From the IMG/VR virus record IMGVR_UViG_3300016469_000277, positions 1 to 64,000 of that record: DNA of 64,000 nucleotides, one strand, 5' to 3'. Shown here one piece after another: positions 39,961 through 49,379 of this stretch (the first letter of the stretch is position 1; each line of letters opens with the position of its first letter). The notes under the pieces were generated by a model, which was not told where the DNA came from, ran no database searches, and saw only the letters and a program-made list of their open reading frames with translations. The translations under genes and the position numbers were made by a program. Origin of the DNA: a virus.

Positions 39961-40934
39961 TTTTTGCCTTTGTTTAGATAGACGTGCATAGGATAATGCC
40001 AAATACCTTCTTGGGTATGCCACTTAAATCTTTTGATAGCTTCAGCAAATCCTTCATAATACTTTTCTCCTCTGTAGCCTCCTTGTTCCCCCATTAAAAG
40101 AATTGTAGAGTCACATATATACTCAACAGGAGAACCTGGGTACTTAAATGATTCGACTACAAAAGAAAAAGGTGCAATAGAGTACCCTTTTTCTTGCAAA
40201 TCTTTGATTTTCTCAGGAGGACTTTCGTGTAGGCCGTAAGAATAAAAAGAAGCTTGAAAGTAATATCCCATTTTCCAAAATATCCATTCCCAGTTATCTG
40301 TAGGACTTTCTGTTACTTTGAGATCTACGGGAAAGATTAGTTTCTTTTTGTGGTTAATATGAACTAAATCCATTAATCCTTTACAAGCTTCTCCGTCATA
40401 AGTAAAGTTAAGTTCTACTTGGTATAGATTTTCTGTGTCTTCTGGTTGACTAAAATAATGCTTTACAAAATCATTATACCTAAGACTGTCTACTACGGAT
40501 TGTACTTTTATAAACTGTTCAGAGGTTAAGACTTTTTTACCTCGGTTGTTACAGAGGAATTCATAATAGTCTTGTCCGTCTTTTTGGAATTTAACTTTAA
40601 GCACATCGTGGCTAATCTTAGCTCCGGTTTTAGCATAAGCTAACTCTGGACTCCCTGTAGTGAATAGATGCCAAGCATAATCACCTACTTGTCCTGTAGG
40701 TTTAACTAGGTCAGTAACTACGAACTGTTCATAGAACTTATCTTCTCCTTGAGTTAAGATAAGATCGCAAGCGTCTCCTATCATTATGTTCTCAGAAGGT
40801 TCGTCGTCGTCTGGGATTTCACTTCCTTCTTGCTCTTGTAAGCGTTTAAGGAAGAGTTGTGGGCTATAAAGTAGCTTTTTAAGCAAACTTTGGTTTAACC
40901 CTTTGTTTTGTAAATATTCGTTACTTATTATCAT
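39945..40934 (-). CDS. PD-(D/E)xK exonuclease (RecE/ExoVIII DUF3799-like)
   Basis: QSLLK, CKGLMD, VDLKVT, YYFQASFY. Confidence 0.8.
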   Translation of the reverse strand: MIISNEYLQNKGLNQSLLKKLLYSPQLFLKRLQEQEGSEIPDDDEPSENIMIGDACDLILTQGEDKFYEQFVVTDLVKPTGQVGDYAWHLFTTGSPELAYAKTGAKISHDVLKVKFQKDGQDYYEFLCNNRGKKVLTSEQFIKVQSVVDSLRYNDFVKHYFSQPEDTENLYQVELNFTYDGEACKGLMDLVHINHKKKLIFPVDLKVTESPTDNWEWIFWKMGYYFQASFYSYGLHESPPEKIKDLQEKGYSIAPFSFVVESFKYPGSPVEYICDSTILLMGEQGGYRGEKYYEGFAEAIKRFKWHTQEGIWHYPMHVYLNKGKKWLTL

Positions 40935-41238
40935 ATTTTTTTCTTAGTTTAAATTCAAGTATAGCTAGTGCGTTCCAAGCTACAGCTATATCGTGTTCTA
41001 GTTCTGAGTCTTCTCCGTCTTTAAAGAAGTGTCTCATTAAGGCATTTTGGTAACTTTCGACTCCTCTTTCTTCTCCTATACGAAACCAGTTATTCCAATC
41101 GTCTCCTTTCTCGTATTTATCGTGGCCGTGTTTACTTCTAGCTACGACTTCTCTAATTGCTAGAGGAAACTGAGTACACAATACAGTATAATAAGGAAGT
41201 TTTTCGTCGTCAAATTTTAGAGCCTTTTCTGTACTCAT
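40921..41238 (-). CDS. dATP/dGTP diphosphohydrolase-like protein (DUF5664 type)
   Basis: KFDDEK, G.DKY...NW, Y.NALMRH, H...VAWNAL. Confidence 0.7.
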   Translation of the reverse strand: MSTEKALKFDDEKLPYYTVLCTQFPLAIREVVARSKHGHDKYEKGDDWNNWFRIGEERGVESYQNALMRHFFKDGEDSELEHDIAVAWNALAILEFKLRKKYDNK

Positions 41239-41693
41239 GCCTTTACGTATTTATCAGAGTCTGGAATTTTTACACCTAGAATGTCTGTTGCAAAGATAAC
41301 ACACTTGTCTATAAATTGCGCTACCTCAGACCTTTTGGCGTGTTCTAAACTCATAGGAACTTTAATTGTATCTTGACTAATAGGGGAGTATTTCTCTTCA
41401 TAAAAGTACATATCCTTAAGAATAGTTACAATTTCTTCTTTAGAGTAAGCTTCTCCTTGCATTTCTTCAAATGCTTGTTTAATTATAGGAAGAACTATTC
41501 CAAAAAAGTATCTCAGCTGAGGGTTACTTTTCTTGTCTTCGCTTCGTACAAAACATATCTCTACATCACAGTAGTTGTCTATTCCAAGAAGAGCCAAGAA
41601 ATAACTTTGCATTAAATCTCGGTCTCCTTGGAGTTCAACAGTACCGTCTATCTTCCTATGTAGAGTTCCAGGAATATAGATGCGGTTAATCAT
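41235..41693 (-). CDS. NinB/Orf-like recombination protein
   Basis: KSNPQLRYFFG and C-terminal FID........G..IP. Confidence 0.6.
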   Translation of the reverse strand: MINRIYIPGTLHRKIDGTVELQGDRDLMQSYFLALLGIDNYCDVEICFVRSEDKKSNPQLRYFFGIVLPIIKQAFEEMQGEAYSKEEIVTILKDMYFYEEKYSPISQDTIKVPMSLEHAKRSEVAQFIDKCVIFATDILGVKIPDSDKYVKA

Positions 41694-42132
41694 TCATTTT
41701 TCTTTGTAATAAAATTGATTTAATGTCCTCATCTGACTCGTACTCTTGGCCTTCAAAAATGTAAACATCTTTTTCTTCGTTGTACTCGTACTTATCAAAA
41801 TCTGAATCACTAAGATAGTAATCTGTTATCTCTCCTTTGGGGTTAAAGATGGCTTTTCCATACACAAGATTACCGGGTTCATCGTAATCAAGCTCTATTT
41901 CTGTTTTTAAAGTTTTAGCTAAAGCCTCTGCTGTTTTAAGAGCAGGGCCCCACTTTGTTTGAAACATAATAGAGTCTCCGTAAATTTCTATGTTAAAAAG
42001 ATACCTATCATCTTCAAACCAATCAAGAGTTTCTCCATGTCCGGATTTTTCTTGTCTTTTGATTAGTTTTTGAAATACGTCTTTTACATCTTGATTGCCA
42101 GTCAAGATGAAATTACTGCACCAATTAGCCAT
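41686..42132 (-). CDS. DUF1281/YubB ferredoxin-like phage protein
   Basis: MANWCSN, F.TKWGP, YDEPG. Confidence 0.65.
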   Translation of the reverse strand: MANWCSNFILTGNQDVKDVFQKLIKRQEKSGHGETLDWFEDDRYLFNIEIYGDSIMFQTKWGPALKTAEALAKTLKTEIELDYDEPGNLVYGKAIFNPKGEITDYYLSDSDFDKYEYNEEKDVYIFEGQEYESDEDIKSILLQRKMND

Positions 42133-42530
42133 TAGTTTAAGTATTTTTTGTCTGTAGAATTTCCGCCAAGAAAATGGGTTTTAATCTCAGCTCTACCCAT
42201 AGGTTCTTCAGCTACTCTAAATTTGCCTGTATCCGCAATAGCATCTGCTATATCGTCTGAAGATATGTCAACCATGTGCATATCTCCATTAGGAAGAATA
42301 GCTATTGTCATAAAGGTACAATCAGCTATAGTAATTGCGTCTAGAACTTCTTCTTCTTCTGGGGAATCAATTTGGTTTTTAACCTCTTCTATGTCTTCTA
42401 CCATTTTTTCTTTGAAGTCTTTAAAGCCTTCTTCAAAAACCCCATAAGCATTAAGCATAGAGTCTGCTTCTTCGTTTTTGCCTTTTGTTCTTAGGAATTC
42501 TGCAAACTCCTGAATTAAATTGTTTTCCAT
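42132..42530 (-). CDS. Hypothetical acidic protein
   Basis: Coupled ORF in - strand operon. Confidence 0.55.
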   Translation of the reverse strand: MENNLIQEFAEFLRTKGKNEEADSMLNAYGVFEEGFKDFKEKMVEDIEEVKNQIDSPEEEEVLDAITIADCTFMTIAILPNGDMHMVDISSDDIADAIADTGKFRVAEEPMGRAEIKTHFLGGNSTDKKYLN

Positions 42531-42541
42531 CTGATTATTTT

Positions 42542-42772
42542 TTAAATTTCTATGTAATCTATTTCTTGTTCTTCGAGTTCTTTTAAGATTTTAACATCTT
42601 CTGCGTTAAAATCAAATTCTTCTAAGTGATGTAATAAAAAACTTATGTTATACTGATTACTGTCTCCGTCTATACTAGTCATACTAGGACTAGCGTAAGT
42701 TAGTATTTCTGAGATACCTTTATTACTTAGAGGAGGATTGTAACAGACTTTAAGTATGTTGTATTTTTTCAT
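42542..42772 (-). CDS. Hypothetical protein
   Basis: Coupled ORF. Confidence 0.5.
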   Translation of the reverse strand: MKKYNILKVCYNPPLSNKGISEILTYASPSMTSIDGDSNQYNISFLLHHLEEFDFNAEDVKILKELEEQEIDYIEI

Positions 42773-43038
42773 TTTGTTTTAATTACGTGTAATACAAAGT
42801 GATCTTCCTCTCTTTCGATTTTTTTTACTTTAAGTTTAGTCATTAGAGGATCAATAATTCCTAAACCCATACCTACATGTATCCAAGGGCCTCCTGGAAA
42901 ATCAACAAAGTCTAACGCAGTTCCACTACGATTGTACCCTGTTCTTAAAAAATCAGTGTAGCCAGTTACTTTTATTTTATCTTCTTCTACTTTGAATTTG
43001 ATTTCGTCGTTATGCCTGTTTAAATGAATGATTTCCAT
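42769..43038 (-). CDS. Hypothetical protein
   Basis: Coupled ORF; FVD..GGP motif. Confidence 0.55.
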   Translation of the reverse strand: MEIIHLNRHNDEIKFKVEEDKIKVTGYTDFLRTGYNRSGTALDFVDFPGGPWIHVGMGLGIIDPLMTKLKVKKIEREEDHFVLHVIKTK

Positions 43039-43041
43039 AAG

Positions 43042-43200
43042 TTAAAGATTTGAAAGAATTTTAGCTTGTTCTTCAACCAGTTGTTCTTTTGTTACTAAGT
43101 AGCTGTGAAGTAGCATTCCGTCTTTAGTGTAAATAGAAACTTGGATTGTTTCCAAAGTTTCCAAAATTTGTATTTTGTAATTACTCAGGTTGATTTCCAT
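43042..43200 (-). CDS. 52-aa hypothetical protein (below track cutoff)
   Basis: MEINLSNYKIQ...AKILSNL; fills the gap between neighbours. Confidence 0.45.
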   Translation of the reverse strand: MEINLSNYKIQILETLETIQVSIYTKDGMLLHSYLVTKEQLVEEQAKILSNL

Positions 43201-43432
43201 CTTGTATTTTGTTTAAGTTAATTTCTACAAAGGTGTCAAATTCTTCTCCTTCAAAAGTTTTACCTGTTAGTTTGTCCATGAGAACTTTAGCAGGGAGATA
43301 AACTTTTTCTTCAATAGTGTAATCCCCAAGAGTTTCTTCTAGGGGATACCTTACTGTGTAAACTTTTACTTCTTTGCGAATGAGTCTTACGCCTTCCATG
43401 GCTACAGACTCGCCTAATACTGTGATATTCAT
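43181..43432 (-). CDS. Hypothetical protein
   Basis: ORF in operon. Confidence 0.5.
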   Translation of the reverse strand: MNITVLGESVAMEGVRLIRKEVKVYTVRYPLEETLGDYTIEEKVYLPAKVLMDKLTGKTFEGEEFDTFVEINLNKIQDGNQPE

Positions 43433-43436
43433 ATAT

Positions 43437-44129
43437 TTATTTTTCTAGTTGTTTTAAAAAGTACTTACAAAAATTAAGTAACTCCTCATTTGTTGCACTA
43501 TTTTTCATTGTGTTAGCTTTCATTGAAATTACTTGAACATTTCCTTTTACGTACCCTTTTGTGTTATCAATCCTATCTAGTGAACAGTTATCTTGATAAC
43601 TTGTTTCGTCAGCAAATATAAAAGGAATTTTGAACACTGGGCACTCGTTTGGAATAATAATGTCTTCAATTGTTAAGTTAAAATCTAAATTAAGTTTTTT
43701 GGCTCTTCTTCTTGCGTTACCCAGCATTCTTTTTCTTCTACCAAGGTGAGTGTTATGACTTTTCATTTTAAGTCGATTAATATACTCTCGATAGCTTGGG
43801 TCGTGTTGCAGTCGAAGTTTTCTTGGGTAGTTTCTGTCTATTTTAGATTTTTCAGTTACTTGGTGTTCATCCCAACATGTTAAACATATAGCGGACAAAC
43901 CATCAGGGTTACGATTAACCCTCATAAAATAATTAGAACTTTTGACTTCTTTACACACACAACATGATTTCTCTGTAACTATATTAACTTCTTCCTTATG
44001 TTTCTTTTTTCTTTTAATATAGTCACATTCTTTGCAGTGCCCTAAATACCCATCTTTGGTTAAAGGGTGTCTATTAAAAAGCTGAAGCTCTAGTTCTTTT
44101 TTGCAATTTTTACAGATTTTAGTAATCAT
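43437..44129 (-). CDS. Free-standing HNH-type homing endonuclease
   Basis: Two C..C...K....F...C..C repeats; CP, SLDRIDN.KGYVKGNV..IS..AN. Confidence 0.85.
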   Translation of the reverse strand: MITKICKNCKKELELQLFNRHPLTKDGYLGHCKECDYIKRKKKHKEEVNIVTEKSCCVCKEVKSSNYFMRVNRNPDGLSAICLTCWDEHQVTEKSKIDRNYPRKLRLQHDPSYREYINRLKMKSHNTHLGRRKRMLGNARRRAKKLNLDFNLTIEDIIIPNECPVFKIPFIFADETSYQDNCSLDRIDNTKGYVKGNVQVISMKANTMKNSATNEELLNFCKYFLKQLEK

Positions 44130-44165
44130 AGCTCAAATATACAAAAAAGAACAGAGTTTTCCAAG

Positions 44166-46148
44166 TTATTTTTTCCAATAACTCGCAACAGCAGCTTCAG
44201 CTTTTAATTTTACTCGCTTACAAAACGGGTTGGCTCCTTTTTCCATAGCAAGTTGTATTTGAGTAGCTACTTCATTAATCATCTGCTCAGGGGCTTCAAT
44301 TACCCACTCATCATGAACAACATTAACTAGTTTAACTACTCCAAATAAGTTATTAGGTAATATATAATCTTGCCAAAAGTAAATACCAGCAAGTTTAGTT
44401 ATTTCAGCTGATTCGCCTTGTACACAATAGTTTTGGGAAATTCTTTCAATTTCTCCTTTTTTGCTAAAGTACTTTGAAACTTTCTCTCTCATTCCTAGAA
44501 AAGTTGGAGAGTCACTTGCTTTTTCTTTTAGAGTTCTATACCTAGCCCAATAAGATTTATCAAAAGTCTTTTCTAGTTCCTTAAATTCATCAAAGTAATC
44601 AATGTAGCATTTTTTACCTGTAATTTTTGATAGTGTGACATAGCCTTTTTCAAGAGCTTCTTTCTTTCCTGTCTCAAAATAATCTTTAAGTTGTGAAAAA
44701 GCCTCAAAGTACTTACCATAAATATCTTCTGCTTCTTCTTGGGTAAGATTTAATTGGTCAGCTAAAGCTTGTGCACTACCTCCATAAGCTAAACAAAAAG
44801 AAACAATTTTACTTTGCTGCCTTCTGTTCTTGTGATTCTTTTTAATTTCGTCTAGTTCTAAATGATTAAGTTCCTTAAACATTTTCTTTGCCACAAAACT
44901 ATGCATGTCAGAAAACCCTCTGTCATAGAATTCAAGCAGATTAGGCTCTAACGACTGGTTGGTTAAAACCACGGATTCCTGGGAACTGTAGTCGCAACTA
45001 ATAAGCAAGTTACCTTTCTCAGCTACAAAACAACTTCTTGTCTCTTCGTCTGAGGGGATATTTTGCATATTAGGTAGTTCTACTTTCATTACTTTGTCTT
45101 TACCGCCAGAAGATAATCTGCCAGTATTCATTAACTGTTTATACTGGGTATGTATTCTTCCGCTTACAGGATTGATTAGTTTAAACCAGTTCTCACCGTA
45201 GGTACTTAAGTCTTTTTGGCACTCCTTATATTTACAGTAAGTTTCGATAATAGGAAACTTCTTTGCAAACTTACTAAGGTGTCCTTGTTCTACGGTATCC
45301 TTGTATTCGCCTTTGTCCTTGACTTTAGTATTTACTCCAATTAAATTAAAGAATTGAATAACCTGCTTAGGAGAATTCCAATTAATAACTACTGAGAGTT
45401 CTCGATTAAAGAGGTCTCCTTGAAAGTTAATAAATTCTGTCATATTGTTCTCACGAATGAATTGATCCAGTTGGTTTTTGTACCCAATCATTTCTTTGCG
45501 AGTAGACTCGATTTTAACTTTCCACTTTTCTACGTCTAGTTTAATTCCGCAATACTCTATATAAGCTAGAACTTTTACAAACCTATTATCTAGTTCGATA
45601 GAAACTTCAAGTTCTTTTTCTTTAATAAGTCTTTCTTGGATTCTTTTAATCTCCAAAAGATACTCTACGTCTTTACAGCCGTAAACAATAAGAGACTCAG
45701 TAAGTCTAGCAGAAATGTTTTTGCGTTCTTCTTTGCTTAATTCAATTCCTAAATACTCTTTACAAAGAGAGTCTAAACCTGCTCTATGAGAGTCGATACC
45801 TAGATAAAGAGTTCTTTCTGCGAGGAAAGTGTCAAAAATACGTGTCGGAACGATACGATGATGATAAAGAAATCTAAGGTCAAACTTGCCATTCTGCATA
45901 ACAAGTAGTTTAGATTCAAGTAATTTTTTATAATTCTGGATGTCAATAGTAGCTGTGTCAATAAAATACTGATTAGTCCCATCACCTATTTGAAGACTTA
46001 TGAGTGCACAAGTATAAGGGTCAAAACCTAGGGTTTCGCTATCTACCGCAATCTCGTCTAGATTGTTAAGATAAGCTAGGCTTTCTTCTACTGTGCAAGT
46101 CTGGTAATTAGGTGAAGGTAGTTTTTGTTTTGAAATTAAATACCTCAT
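44166..46148 (-). CDS. polA: Family A DNA polymerase with 3'-5' exonuclease
   Basis: DSET (ExoI), NGKFD, TGRLSS, NMQNIP, DYSSQE (motif A), K..SF.LAYG (motif B), VHDE (motif C). Confidence 0.95.
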   Translation of the reverse strand: MRYLISKQKLPSPNYQTCTVEESLAYLNNLDEIAVDSETLGFDPYTCALISLQIGDGTNQYFIDTATIDIQNYKKLLESKLLVMQNGKFDLRFLYHHRIVPTRIFDTFLAERTLYLGIDSHRAGLDSLCKEYLGIELSKEERKNISARLTESLIVYGCKDVEYLLEIKRIQERLIKEKELEVSIELDNRFVKVLAYIEYCGIKLDVEKWKVKIESTRKEMIGYKNQLDQFIRENNMTEFINFQGDLFNRELSVVINWNSPKQVIQFFNLIGVNTKVKDKGEYKDTVEQGHLSKFAKKFPIIETYCKYKECQKDLSTYGENWFKLINPVSGRIHTQYKQLMNTGRLSSGGKDKVMKVELPNMQNIPSDEETRSCFVAEKGNLLISCDYSSQESVVLTNQSLEPNLLEFYDRGFSDMHSFVAKKMFKELNHLELDEIKKNHKNRRQQSKIVSFCLAYGGSAQALADQLNLTQEEAEDIYGKYFEAFSQLKDYFETGKKEALEKGYVTLSKITGKKCYIDYFDEFKELEKTFDKSYWARYRTLKEKASDSPTFLGMREKVSKYFSKKGEIERISQNYCVQGESAEITKLAGIYFWQDYILPNNLFGVVKLVNVVHDEWVIEAPEQMINEVATQIQLAMEKGANPFCKRVKLKAEAAVASYWKK

Positions 46149-46789
46149 GAAATAAGTGAGTTGACAACTCTTTCATACTTAGCTTGAGCTTCTAGTATAA
46201 GCTCGTACTTTTCTTCTTGGGAATAGTTTCCTTCTTGAATTAAGTTTAAGTAATGTTTAAAAATGTCGTAGATTTGTTTTCTGTCGTTGTTACTTAGCTT
46301 TAAGTGCTTAGCGGAAAGGGCTAACATTTTTTCTGTAGTTCCTTCTCCCCACAATTTATTTAAAGTTTTTCCTAAGTTCCAAACGTGGTGTGGAGTGTAC
46401 ATATTACACACCTTACACAAAGGAGCAAGATTTAAAAGACTAAATCTTGTAGGACCTTTTGTTCTTCCTACAAAGTGTCCACATTGACTTTGTTTAGGAT
46501 CTAAAGGAATTTCGCAAGCGTGACACTTATATTGGTGGGCTGCTCTAACTAACCAAGAAGTTACTTGGTCTAGTTTAGTCTGAGTAATAGTTTCTTGCTT
46601 TACTCGTTTCTTGTATTCTTTGCGAGCCTTTTGTTTTTCTTTTCGTTCTTTAACAAGACAAGTAGCGCATAATCTCTTGGTCTTGTTAGCCAGAGGTTTC
46701 ATCTTTCCACAATCAGAACAAGGCTTTTGTTCTTTGTGTCTTACGGCTTCTCCTTTAACAGGAACTTTTTTTGGTTTAATGATTCTCAT
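46145..46789 (-). CDS. NinG/Rap-like endonuclease
   Basis: CHAC..QCGHFVGR...RF...N...LCKVCN; N-terminal CxxC pairs. Confidence 0.7.
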   Translation of the reverse strand: MRIIKPKKVPVKGEAVRHKEQKPCSDCGKMKPLANKTKRLCATCLVKERKEKQKARKEYKKRVKQETITQTKLDQVTSWLVRAAHQYKCHACEIPLDPKQSQCGHFVGRTKGPTRFSLLNLAPLCKVCNMYTPHHVWNLGKTLNKLWGEGTTEKMLALSAKHLKLSNNDRKQIYDIFKHYLNLIQEGNYSQEEKYELILEAQAKYERVVNSLIS

Positions 46790-46830
46790 ACCGATCTGAT
46801 TAGTGCAAATATAGGGAAAGTCATAAAAGC

Positions 46831-46862
46831 AAAAAAGGAGAGAATTTCTTCTCTCCTCTTTT
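46831..46862 (-). terminator. Intrinsic terminator
   Basis: - strand GGAGAGAA-gaaa-TTCTCTCC followed by T6. Confidence 0.8.
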
Positions 46863-46890
46863 ACTCAGATGGCGGCATGCAAAAGGCGTG
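46831..46890 (-). ncRNA. Candidate ~60-nt small RNA
   Basis: Lies between a TTG-N19-TATATTTG promoter (46923-46894) and a terminator; GC-rich; only a 5-codon ORF. Confidence 0.4.
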
Positions 46891-46916
46891 CTGCAAATAT
46901 AACTTAAAAGTTTAAA

Positions 46917-47387
46917 TTACCAAGAAGCTTGATAATAAAAATCTGCTCTACTAGTTCCTTTGTTAATACTTTTAACGTAAGGTTTAAGTACTTCAATAGT
47001 TTGCTCTACTTCTTGAAAATAATAATCATCATACTCAGTAGAACCAAAGAAAAATCCTTCTGTGGTGGGAAGGAGTTCTTCTGCTTTACTATGATCCATG
47101 TTAACTTGTTTTAAAGTGTCATAGAGTTCAACTAGTGCTTCATCATAAATATTAATTTTTTGACATTCATCCCTTCCATAAGCACAGTTATTTACTATCC
47201 AGTTGTGAAGTGCATTGAATTTACGCCAATAAGCTACATTCTCCGAAACAGTAGAAATGTTTTCAGGATTTATATCCTTATAGATTTCTCCGCCTTTCTT
47301 AACAGTTACATCAAACTGTTCTTCAGGAGATTGGTGAGGCCATTTTTTAACGTAGGTCTCCCGGTACATATACATATCTAATCCCAT
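46917..47387 (-). CDS. Conserved phage protein (MGLDMY family)
   Basis: MGLDMY, YWRK.N.LH.W, LPT..GFFFG, YQASW. Confidence 0.75.
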   Translation of the reverse strand: MGLDMYMYRETYVKKWPHQSPEEQFDVTVKKGGEIYKDINPENISTVSENVAYWRKFNALHNWIVNNCAYGRDECQKINIYDEALVELYDTLKQVNMDHSKAEELLPTTEGFFFGSTEYDDYYFQEVEQTIEVLKPYVKSINKGTSRADFYYQASW

Positions 47388-48247
47388 TATAGTGAATTTG
47401 AAAAGCTTGACATACTAGGAATAAGTTCTAAAGCACGATTGTTAATCTTGAAGCCTGAACCTTCCATTACGCTTCTAGCACGATCTCTTACATTGTCGTG
47501 GTGTGTAGTAAACCTAGTTACTCCGTTAAAGAGAGCCCATTGAGTACTGCCGTGAATATTTACGTCAGCTGCAATAGATTCTTTTAAAGTAACAAGACGG
47601 TTATCGCTGCGAGTATTTTCGCTAACTCCTAAGATTTCTCTTAAGAAATCATCATCAACTCTTGAAGGAATGTAAACACCACTCATTTCTTTAAACTTCT
47701 CAACTAAGAGAGTTTCCTGAAGGATAGCGTCTGACATTGTTTGTACAATAATAGAAAGTCTGTCGTGACTATTAGGAGTGTGTCTTACTCTGGTTACGTC
47801 GCTTAAAGACTTAAAGAAAGTGTTCTGACAAACAACTACTACATTGGTAGTACCAAATCCTAAAGGAGTTTGTCCGTCATGTGAATTTAAAGCAGTCAGC
47901 CAACGCTTTAATACGCTACCTCCGATAGTGTCTTCTCCTAAGTTAAGTTGATAGAATACTCTTTTTCCTTGAGAGATAGTTCCCCCACGAGAAATAGTAA
48001 TGTTAGCGTGTTCTGCTGCTTGGTGTAAAAGGGCTAATAAGTCTCTATTTTGTGTAGGAGTGTACCTACTACCTACAGTAGCAAGATAATGCCCTGTGTC
48101 TTCTCTAAAGATACCGTGAGAGTCTGTTGTCCAACCTTCTTCTGTTACGAGAGGTTTTTTAACTACGTTCCAGTTAGTTCCTGATCTGTCGAGCATTTCA
48201 TCAATTGAAATGGTTCCGTTTACTTGTGTGAAATTTGCAAGTGCCAT
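47387..48247 (-). CDS. DUF932 phage/plasmid-like protein
   Basis: W.V.K.PL, VGSRYTPTQN, NSHDG, VVCQN, W..FNGVT. Confidence 0.85.
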   Translation of the reverse strand: MALANFTQVNGTISIDEMLDRSGTNWNVVKKPLVTEEGWTTDSHGIFREDTGHYLATVGSRYTPTQNRDLLALLHQAAEHANITISRGGTISQGKRVFYQLNLGEDTIGGSVLKRWLTALNSHDGQTPLGFGTTNVVVVCQNTFFKSLSDVTRVRHTPNSHDRLSIIVQTMSDAILQETLLVEKFKEMSGVYIPSRVDDDFLREILGVSENTRSDNRLVTLKESIAADVNIHGSTQWALFNGVTRFTTHHDNVRDRARSVMEGSGFKINNRALELIPSMSSFSNSL

Positions 48248-48288
48248 TGGTTTTTAATTTTATTTGTTTTTAGTTTTACTTTTCAAAG

Positions 48289-48492
48289 TTAAGTTTTATT
48301 TTCTTCATTTCCAAAATTAGTATCGTCTTTTTTTAAATTAATTTTATCTGAGCCACATCTAGGGCATTCCTTAAATGAAAAAGAGGCAAGCTTAATTACT
48401 TGCCCCATATTATCCTTAAGTTCTTTCTCGTCAAACTCTTGGGTTTCTCCTAAGAGCTTACCGCAATCGTGACAGATTGCTAAGTATTTCAT
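48289..48492 (-). CDS. Zn-ribbon protein
   Basis: CHDCG and CPRCGS. Confidence 0.6.
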   Translation of the reverse strand: MKYLAICHDCGKLLGETQEFDEKELKDNMGQVIKLASFSFKECPRCGSDKINLKKDDTNFGNEENKT

Positions 48493-48501
48493 AAAATTCT
48501 A

Positions 48502-48717
48502 TTAAGCTTTATTTCTTATATCATTTTCTATTAATTCTAGAAGTTGAGGATCATCTGTTGGAGGACCTTCTAGCCATGTAATACTAAGTACATATCCTTC
48601 ATCGTCTGTTGAAACAGTGAAATCATGTTCTTCTCCGAATAGTTCTAAAGTTCCTACATACCAGTAAGTAGCTGCAAAAGCTTCTGAGTCTATGCTTATG
48701 TTAAAGGTTTCAGCCAT
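48502..48717 (-). CDS. Hypothetical acidic protein
   Basis: ORF in operon. Confidence 0.5.
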   Translation of the reverse strand: MAETFNISIDSEAFAATYWYVGTLELFGEEHDFTVSTDDEGYVLSITWLEGPPTDDPQLLELIENDIRNKA

Positions 48718-49379
48718 TGTATTGTTTCTGCGTTTAAATCTTTTGTAATTTTGTTAATTTCAGACCACAGGTTATCATGTTTCCATTTTGTTCCTGAGTA
48801 GACTTCTGTTATAGGATGAGGTCTTTCTATAATATAATTCCAGAAGTCGTTAATAGCAGGTTTGAACTTTTGTGCATCTTTACCTAAAAGTACAAAAATA
48901 ATTCCTGTGTTGTACTCTTGGATACCTTTGATTACTGAAAGAGTAAAGTTCTCCCAAATTTTCATGTGAGAGCCTGGAGACTTTTCCTCAACAGTTAAAG
49001 CTGCGTTAAGTAATAATACTCCTTCACCCGGTAAAGCGTGCCAATTAAGTATACCTTCTCCTAAGTCTTCTTGGATACATCTTGAGATGATTCTAAGTGA
49101 AGGAGGAACATAATCAGGGTGTCGAGGTGCAAATGAAAGTCCACAAGCTACAGGCTCATTTTTGTAGACATTTGGGTACGGATCCTGACCAATCCAAACA
49201 AGTTTAAGTTTTTCTAAAGGAGTCATCCAAAAAGCCTTAAAGACTTCTTCAGACTTGGGAAAGACATTTACCTTCGATCTTCTCTCCGCTACGTACTTTC
49301 CTATCTTCAGTAGTTCCGTTTCCTGATTCTTCAAGAGTTTCGCCCAATCCTCCGGTAGGATATTGTTCAATATAGACAT
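48696..49379 (-). CDS. ung: Uracil-DNA glycosylase (family 1)
   Basis: GQDPY, GLSF, PPSL, GVLLLN..LTV, SH, HP. Confidence 0.93.
   Translation of the reverse strand: MSILNNILPEDWAKLLKNQETELLKIGKYVAERRSKVNVFPKSEEVFKAFWMTPLEKLKLVWIGQDPYPNVYKNEPVACGLSFAPRHPDYVPPSLRIISRCIQEDLGEGILNWHALPGEGVLLLNAALTVEEKSPGSHMKIWENFTLSVIKGIQEYNTGIIFVLLGKDAQKFKPAINDFWNYIIERPHPITEVYSGTKWKHDNLWSEINKITKDLNAETIQWLKPLT

Noticed and set aside
40921-41238. Modified-base (e.g. Z-DNA) system suggested by the dNTP diphosphohydrolase-like gene
   Set aside because: No PurZ or other base-modification synthase in the window, and UNG argues against uracil DNA; the rest of the genome is unseen
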